Origin: an uncultured Erysipelotrichaceae bacterium
GTDB lineage: Bacteria > Bacillota_I > Bacilli_A > RFN20 > CAG-826
NCBI GenBank assembly: GCA_902794835.1
Contig: CADBIO010000001.1
Span: forward strand, 23,174-87,173
Length of the DNA: 64,000 nucleotides
Direction of reading: 5' to 3'
The first letter of the stretch is position 1. Each line of letters starts with the position of its first letter. The notes below the pieces were generated by a model. That model was given only the letters and a program-made list of their open reading frames with translations, was not told the origin of the DNA and did no database searches. This document shows positions 59,037 through 64,000 of this stretch, piece by piece. Both the position numbers and the translations under genes were made by a program.

Positions 59037-60803
59037 TTAAAGTGCGTTTATTTTCGTATAAAGGGCCGTGGCGACCTCGTCAGGCAAAATTTGCTTGAGT
59101 TCGGCTAACGAGGCGTTCTTTAACGAATCAATGGTAGGATAATTTTTCCGCAAAAGTTCCTTTCTCTTCTCACCGATTCCCTTAACATCGTCGAAGATTG
59201 AAGAATGCATCGATTTGAGTCGTTCTGCTTTATGGAAGGAAATGGCAAAACGATGCACTTCATCTTGCATTCTCATGAGCAAAAAGAATAATGGGGACTT
59301 CGAATTCAAAGGATAGGCGTTGCCTTCTTTGTCGACGATTCCTTCTGTTTGATGCTTATCGTTTTTGTATAAGCCATAAACCGGGATTTCCACTTCAATG
59401 GATTTCAAAGCTTCTAAGGTAGCGTGGACTTGGGAAAGACCGCCATCGGTAAGGATCAAATCCGGATAGGAAAGGTTTTCTTCTTTGAGACGACGATAAC
59501 GACGGGTGACGACTTCCACCATCGAATGATAATCATCCCCGGCATCTTGCTCATCGAGGTGGAATTTACGGTACATCCCTTTTACCGGCTCGCCATTGAT
59601 GTAGCAAACCATCGCCCCAACTGGGTTTGAGCCTTGCAAATGGGAATTATCGAAAAGCTCGATACGATAAGGGGTTTCGATATGGAGCATCTCCCCTAAG
59701 GATTCTAATAACGCATTGTTGTCATCGTTCAAGCGCGCCGACATGAAATGATTGTCTAAACCCTGCCTGGCATTTAAGGCCGCCAAATCGATTTGTTCCA
59801 AAAGGCGTCCTTCTTTCGGGGAAACCACTCTGGCTTCGGGATAAATCGAAGAGAACTCTTCCGCCATCCCTTCAATATTGCAAATAATTTCTTTGGGAAG
59901 GTCGTTATTTTGATAATATTCTTCGATGAGTTCGGTTGCTTGCTCGTTTCCTTCGCCAAAACACGCGGCCACTTTAAGGCTTTTCCCGAGCAAAATACCA
60001 TTGCGGTAAGTCAGAATGCTAAGGGCGAGATAGCCATCGCGCTCCGCATAAGCGAAAACATCGCGGTTCGTGCGGTCAGTGGAAAGCTCGACGCTTTGTT
60101 TGGCCGTGACTCGTCTAACGGCATCGATGATTTCTTTGTAATTCTGGGCATCTTCGAAACGGAGCTCTTCCGAAGCCCGGTTCATTTTGTCGGTATATTC
60201 TTTGATGACGGGGGCCGTATTTCCGTCCAAAAAACTTTTGATCTTGTTATAAAGATCTTGGTAAACCTCATCCGATATCTCATTCACGCAGGGGGCAAGG
60301 CATTGACCCATGTGGTAATACAAACATGGCTTTTTACCAAGTTTTTTGCATTTTCTCGTCGGATAAATCTGATTCAACAAATCAATCGTCTTGAAAGCGT
60401 CTTTGGCATTAGGGAAAGGCCCAAAGTAGAAATATTTTCGATCATCGGCGCGTCTAGCGATTTTCAAAAAAGCATCGCTTCGGCGAATCGCGATATAAGG
60501 ATAATGCGAATCGTCCATCATCATGATGTTGTATCGTGGATAATGGGTCTGAATGAGATTCATCTCCAAAATAAAAGCCTCTTTGTCGGTATGGACGACG
60601 ATAAAATCGAAATGATCGACATGATTGACCATGGCCAGGACCTTGCCAACCTGAGGGCGTAAGAAATATTGCGACACCCTCCGAGTCAGGCTTTTGGCTT
60701 TCCCGACATAGATGATTTTGTCGTTTTTATCCTTCATCAAATAAACACCTGGCTTATCTGGGAGAAGGGAAATCTGTCGCTTTAGTTTTTCGGTAAGTTC
60801 CAT
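59037..60803 (-). CDS. uvrC: excinuclease ABC subunit C
   Basis: N-terminal GIY-YIG domain (GVYLMKDKNDKIIYVGKAK), UvrBC-interaction and RNase H-like endonuclease domains, and C-terminal HhH. 588 aa. Confidence 0.9.
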   Translation of the reverse strand: MELTEKLKRQISLLPDKPGVYLMKDKNDKIIYVGKAKSLTRRVSQYFLRPQVGKVLAMVNHVDHFDFIVVHTDKEAFILEMNLIQTHYPRYNIMMMDDSHYPYIAIRRSDAFLKIARRADDRKYFYFGPFPNAKDAFKTIDLLNQIYPTRKCKKLGKKPCLYYHMGQCLAPCVNEISDEVYQDLYNKIKSFLDGNTAPVIKEYTDKMNRASEELRFEDAQNYKEIIDAVRRVTAKQSVELSTDRTNRDVFAYAERDGYLALSILTYRNGILLGKSLKVAACFGEGNEQATELIEEYYQNNDLPKEIICNIEGMAEEFSSIYPEARVVSPKEGRLLEQIDLAALNARQGLDNHFMSARLNDDNNALLESLGEMLHIETPYRIELFDNSHLQGSNPVGAMVCYINGEPVKGMYRKFHLDEQDAGDDYHSMVEVVTRRYRRLKEENLSYPDLILTDGGLSQVHATLEALKSIEVEIPVYGLYKNDKHQTEGIVDKEGNAYPLNSKSPLFFLLMRMQDEVHRFAISFHKAERLKSMHSSIFDDVKGIGEKRKELLRKNYPTIDSLKNASLAELKQILPDEVATALYTKINAL

Positions 60804-60805
60804 GA

Positions 60806-63127
60806 TTATTTAAGATAGACGATTGTCGCTCCACCGCCGCCTTCATTGCCGTCGGCGCCTTCGTAATGGTCGACGAAATCTTTATGGGAATCACAATAGT
60901 CGCGGGTGATTTTGCGTAACACTCCGCTGCCCCAGCCGTGGATGACGCGAACACGTTTATAATGCTTCATTAAGCAATTATCGAGGTATTTGGCTAAATT
61001 AAGTTTGGCTTCTTCTGCTCGTTGGCCAATAAGATTGATCTCCAGGGGCACAGATTTGGAAAAGGCTAAATCATCCAAAGAAATTGTCGATGCGACCGTT
61101 TTCTTTTGCGTGGTCGGCTCTTCGATGATAACGGCCTTATCATCTTTCGTCTTGAACGTGATTCCCTCAGGTGAGACGACTTCGATTTTATGCCCGTCTT
61201 TCTTGACGATTCTTCCGGAAGTGAAAAGAGAAGGAAGATTGACATAATCCCCGACTTTTAGGACTTCAGAGAAAGTTTCTTGCTCTTCTTTTTCTTCAAG
61301 GTCGTCTAGAGCCTTTTTGGCGTTAATGACTTCGTGGAGTTTGAGATTTCCTTCACCCTTATTCAAAGAATGCATGATTTCTTGCATCTTTTCTTGATAA
61401 TCGCGAAGCATCCGTTTTTTCTTTTGCTCGACATCAGAAAGGAAATGTTCTTCCCGAAGATGAAGCGCGGCTTGCTGAGATTTCAGTTGTTCTCTTAACT
61501 GATTCACTTCTTTTTCTTGGGCGAGCAGTTTGGCTTTCTCGTCTTCAGTTTCTTTCGTAACGGCAGTCAAACGTTTGATGGTGTCGGAAACAGAAAGTTC
61601 TTCTTGAGAGGAAAGATTCCGGTTGGCTTCTTCCAATACTTCTTCAGGCATTCCGAAGCGTTTGGCGACGATCAATCCGTAAGATTCTCCCGGCAACCCC
61701 ATTTTAAGATGATAGGTTGGCAAAAGATTGGCTTCGTCGAACATCATCGAGGCATTGGTGACTTCAGGATGGGACAAAGCATAGGATTTCAAGCCCTCAA
61801 AATGTGAGGAAATCATCGTCAAAGCGTGTTTTCTTAGCAAGAACTTGACCACCGCCAAAGCGATAGACTCACCTTCTTTTGGAGAAGTCCCTGTCCCGAC
61901 TTCATCTAGCAAAACAAGGTCTTTTCCTTTGACCCGTTCTAAAATTTCGCCGATGTTTTTCATATGCCCGGAAAAGGTCGATAGATTGTCGCTTAAAGAC
62001 TGAGAATCTCCGATATCGACATAAATATTTCTAAAATAAGAAAGCGAAGAGCCTTGTTTGGCTGGAATGGCTAGACCGCATTGATTCATCATGACCAGAA
62101 TGCCTAAAGTCTTCAACGCCACCGTTTTCCCTCCGGCATTCGGTCCAGAAATAATGACTAATGAAGATTTTTCGTTCAGTAAGAAGTCATTTGAAACGAC
62201 CTTGTTTTTGTCAATTAAGGGATGACGTGCAGCGAATAATTCGATCCGAGGCTCTTTGGAATAGACGGCGATGTGGCAGTCATTCTCCTCGGCGAATTTG
62301 GATTTTGCGGAAAGAAAATCAAGATAGCCAATCATCTGATTGTTCGTTTTGATTTCGTCTGAGGAAGAGGCCACTTCTCCTGAGAGTTCTAGCAAAAGAC
62401 GGTGGATTTCTTCTCTTTCCTCATTGCGGAGCTCAACCATTTTATTATTCATCTCGACTAGCAATTCAGGCTCAATGAAGGTGGTTTCTCCAGAATTGGA
62501 GACGTCTTGGACAATACCCTTGACTTTATTTTTATAAGCGTTTTTGACTGGTAAAACGTAATGGCCGTTTTTCAAAGTCAGCGTAATATCGGAAAGAAAA
62601 GTCTTGTTGGCATCGAGAACATAGCCGAGTTTCTTTTTCATCGAGGTTTCCAATCGGCGGATGGAAATGCGAATCGATTTCAATTTCGGCGAGGCATTAT
62701 CATAAATTGTCATATCTGGAGCAATGACTTTATGAATGTCTTTTTCCAAGAAATCGAGAGAAGGAAACCCCTTGATATAATTCAAAAGGAGAGGCAAATC
62801 CGTGATTTTCCCAAAAAAGGAGAGAATGCTTTTTTCATTAAGAACATCATTGGCGACACGTTCTAAATCATCTACAGAAAGGCAGCCGCCTTTTTTGGCG
62901 AGATCCACTGCCGCGTTTAAATCGCTGGAGACATCAATCGGAAGACTGCCATATTTTGCGACTAGATTCTGCATCTCTTCGAGTCTTTCCAACTCATCAT
63001 GAAGGACCCGTTCATCCAAAATCATCGTTAAGCCGATTGCTTGTTTCGCTCCGAGTTCGGTTCTTGTCTTGCTCTTCAGAGCATCTCTAATTTTCTGAAA
63101 TTCAAATTTATCGTAAACGTTTTGCAT
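60806..63127 (-). CDS. mutS2: endonuclease MutS2 (MutS ATPase plus C-terminal Smr domain)
   Basis: Walker A GPNAGGKT, a long coiled coil and a C-terminal Smr domain (IHGWGSG). 773 aa. Confidence 0.9.
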   Translation of the reverse strand: MQNVYDKFEFQKIRDALKSKTRTELGAKQAIGLTMILDERVLHDELERLEEMQNLVAKYGSLPIDVSSDLNAAVDLAKKGGCLSVDDLERVANDVLNEKSILSFFGKITDLPLLLNYIKGFPSLDFLEKDIHKVIAPDMTIYDNASPKLKSIRISIRRLETSMKKKLGYVLDANKTFLSDITLTLKNGHYVLPVKNAYKNKVKGIVQDVSNSGETTFIEPELLVEMNNKMVELRNEEREEIHRLLLELSGEVASSSDEIKTNNQMIGYLDFLSAKSKFAEENDCHIAVYSKEPRIELFAARHPLIDKNKVVSNDFLLNEKSSLVIISGPNAGGKTVALKTLGILVMMNQCGLAIPAKQGSSLSYFRNIYVDIGDSQSLSDNLSTFSGHMKNIGEILERVKGKDLVLLDEVGTGTSPKEGESIALAVVKFLLRKHALTMISSHFEGLKSYALSHPEVTNASMMFDEANLLPTYHLKMGLPGESYGLIVAKRFGMPEEVLEEANRNLSSQEELSVSDTIKRLTAVTKETEDEKAKLLAQEKEVNQLREQLKSQQAALHLREEHFLSDVEQKKKRMLRDYQEKMQEIMHSLNKGEGNLKLHEVINAKKALDDLEEKEEQETFSEVLKVGDYVNLPSLFTSGRIVKKDGHKIEVVSPEGITFKTKDDKAVIIEEPTTQKKTVASTISLDDLAFSKSVPLEINLIGQRAEEAKLNLAKYLDNCLMKHYKRVRVIHGWGSGVLRKITRDYCDSHKDFVDHYEGADGNEGGGGATIVYLK

Positions 63128-63200
63128 CTGCTAGATTATAGCATCTCTTCTTAATAAAGAGAGATGCGACGCACCGAAAGAAAATGTTAAAATAGAACCG

Positions 63201-64000
63201 CATGAAACAGCCAACTGCTTTATATTCCTTTGAGCCATCCCCGGAAACTTTGAAGAAAATGAAGGATTTTTACCGCCCTTTTCAAAGCGATAACGATAAC
63301 CCGTATATCGATCTTTTCGCCAAAAACGACGCCGTGGCCGTAACGATATACAAGCAGAACAAAAAAGGCAAAATAAAAGTTGTTTTCCAAGGCCCGGATG
63401 CCATCAAAGAGGCAAAAATATGGGATTTAACTGCAAGAGATCAAAATCTTCCGAAAAAAGAAAAAGCAGAGATTAAAAACATCTATCCGCAAATCGGGAG
63501 CGATGAAGTCGGAACGGGAGATTTCTTCGGCCCAGTCTGTGTTTGTGCCACTTATATTCAAAAGAAAGACCTTCCATTATTAGAAGAATTGGGCGTCACC
63601 GACTCAAAGAAAATGAGTGATGAGCATATTCTTGCCATCGGCCCAATTTTGCTAAGCAAAATCGAATATTCCCAACTTTCCTTGCCTAACGAGAAATACA
63701 ATGAAGTCAAAGATGACTTTAATATGAACGTCATCAAAGCGAAAATGCATAACCGTTGTCTCTTAAATCTTCACATGAAGCATCCAAAAGCCACGCTTTA
63801 TCAGGATCAATTCGCAGAACCTGGCCAATATTTCTCTTATCTTAAGAATGAGGCAAAAGTTGTCACTAAAATCAATTTTCACACCAAAGGTGAATCTCTT
63901 TTTCCAAGCGTTGCCGCAGGAAGTGTCATTGCCCGTTATTCTTTTCTCAAGAAAATGCAGGCCATGAACGAACGATACGGGATGGAATTCCCGTTTGGCG
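63201..64000 (+). CDS. rnhC: ribonuclease HIII (3' end outside window)
   Basis: N-terminal TBP-like domain then RNase HII-fold catalytic DEDD region (GSDEVGTGDFFGP; DSKK). Same neighbourhood as B. subtilis rnhC-mutSB. Confidence 0.85.

Noticed and set aside
58777-59040. 87-aa + strand ORF spanning the tRNA-Arg gene
   Set aside because: Runs straight through a canonical tRNA on the opposite strand and its Lys-rich A-tract repeats. It is a translation artefact.
59793-60662. 289-aa + strand ORF inside uvrC
   Set aside because: Antisense to uvrC, and its low-complexity composition mirrors the codon bias of the real gene.
1-64000. CRISPR arrays, rRNA operons, IS elements or transposases
   Set aside because: No regularly spaced direct repeats, no rRNA-like conserved stretches, and no transposase or integrase ORFs were seen anywhere in the window.

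Overview
The window is a 64-kb chromosomal segment from a low-GC Gram-positive (Firmicutes/Mollicutes-like) genome. Gene order closely follows Bacillus subtilis blocks (sigA-trmK-ispH-cshB-nfo-ispG; plsY-parE-parC; yqeG-yqeH-yhbY-nadD/yqeK-rsfS; deoB-xerD; dxs-xseAB-nusB; tkt; aspS-hisS-rel-recJ-secDF; ruvAB; obg-rpmA-prp-rplU; radC; valS; engB-lon-tig; uvrC-mutS2-rnhC). Several genes of those blocks are absent (folD, apt, dtd, clpX, spo0B), and nadD is fused to yqeK as in Mollicutes, so the genome looks reduced. Transcription is mostly on the + strand up to about 16.1 kb and almost entirely on the - strand from about 16.9 kb onward. The two orientations converge on an 830-bp AT-rich, ORF-free spacer that carries a 28-bp dif-like Xer site, 1.7 kb from xerD. 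I read this as the replication terminus. Regulatory elements found by eye are a valS T-box leader, a CIRCE/HrcA operator on the lon promoter, and several rho-independent terminators. Accessory-looking content is concentrated at 53.9-58.9 kb: a PspA-less YdjG/YdjI-like SPFH plus zinc-ribbon operon; a small AT-rich island with a DUF1016 PDDEXK nuclease and a DUF4314 gene; a 450-bp ORF-free GC-normal segment; and degenerate direct repeats next to tRNA-Arg(TCT), which look like an old integration site. No CRISPR array, rRNA or intact mobile element with an integrase or transposase was seen.
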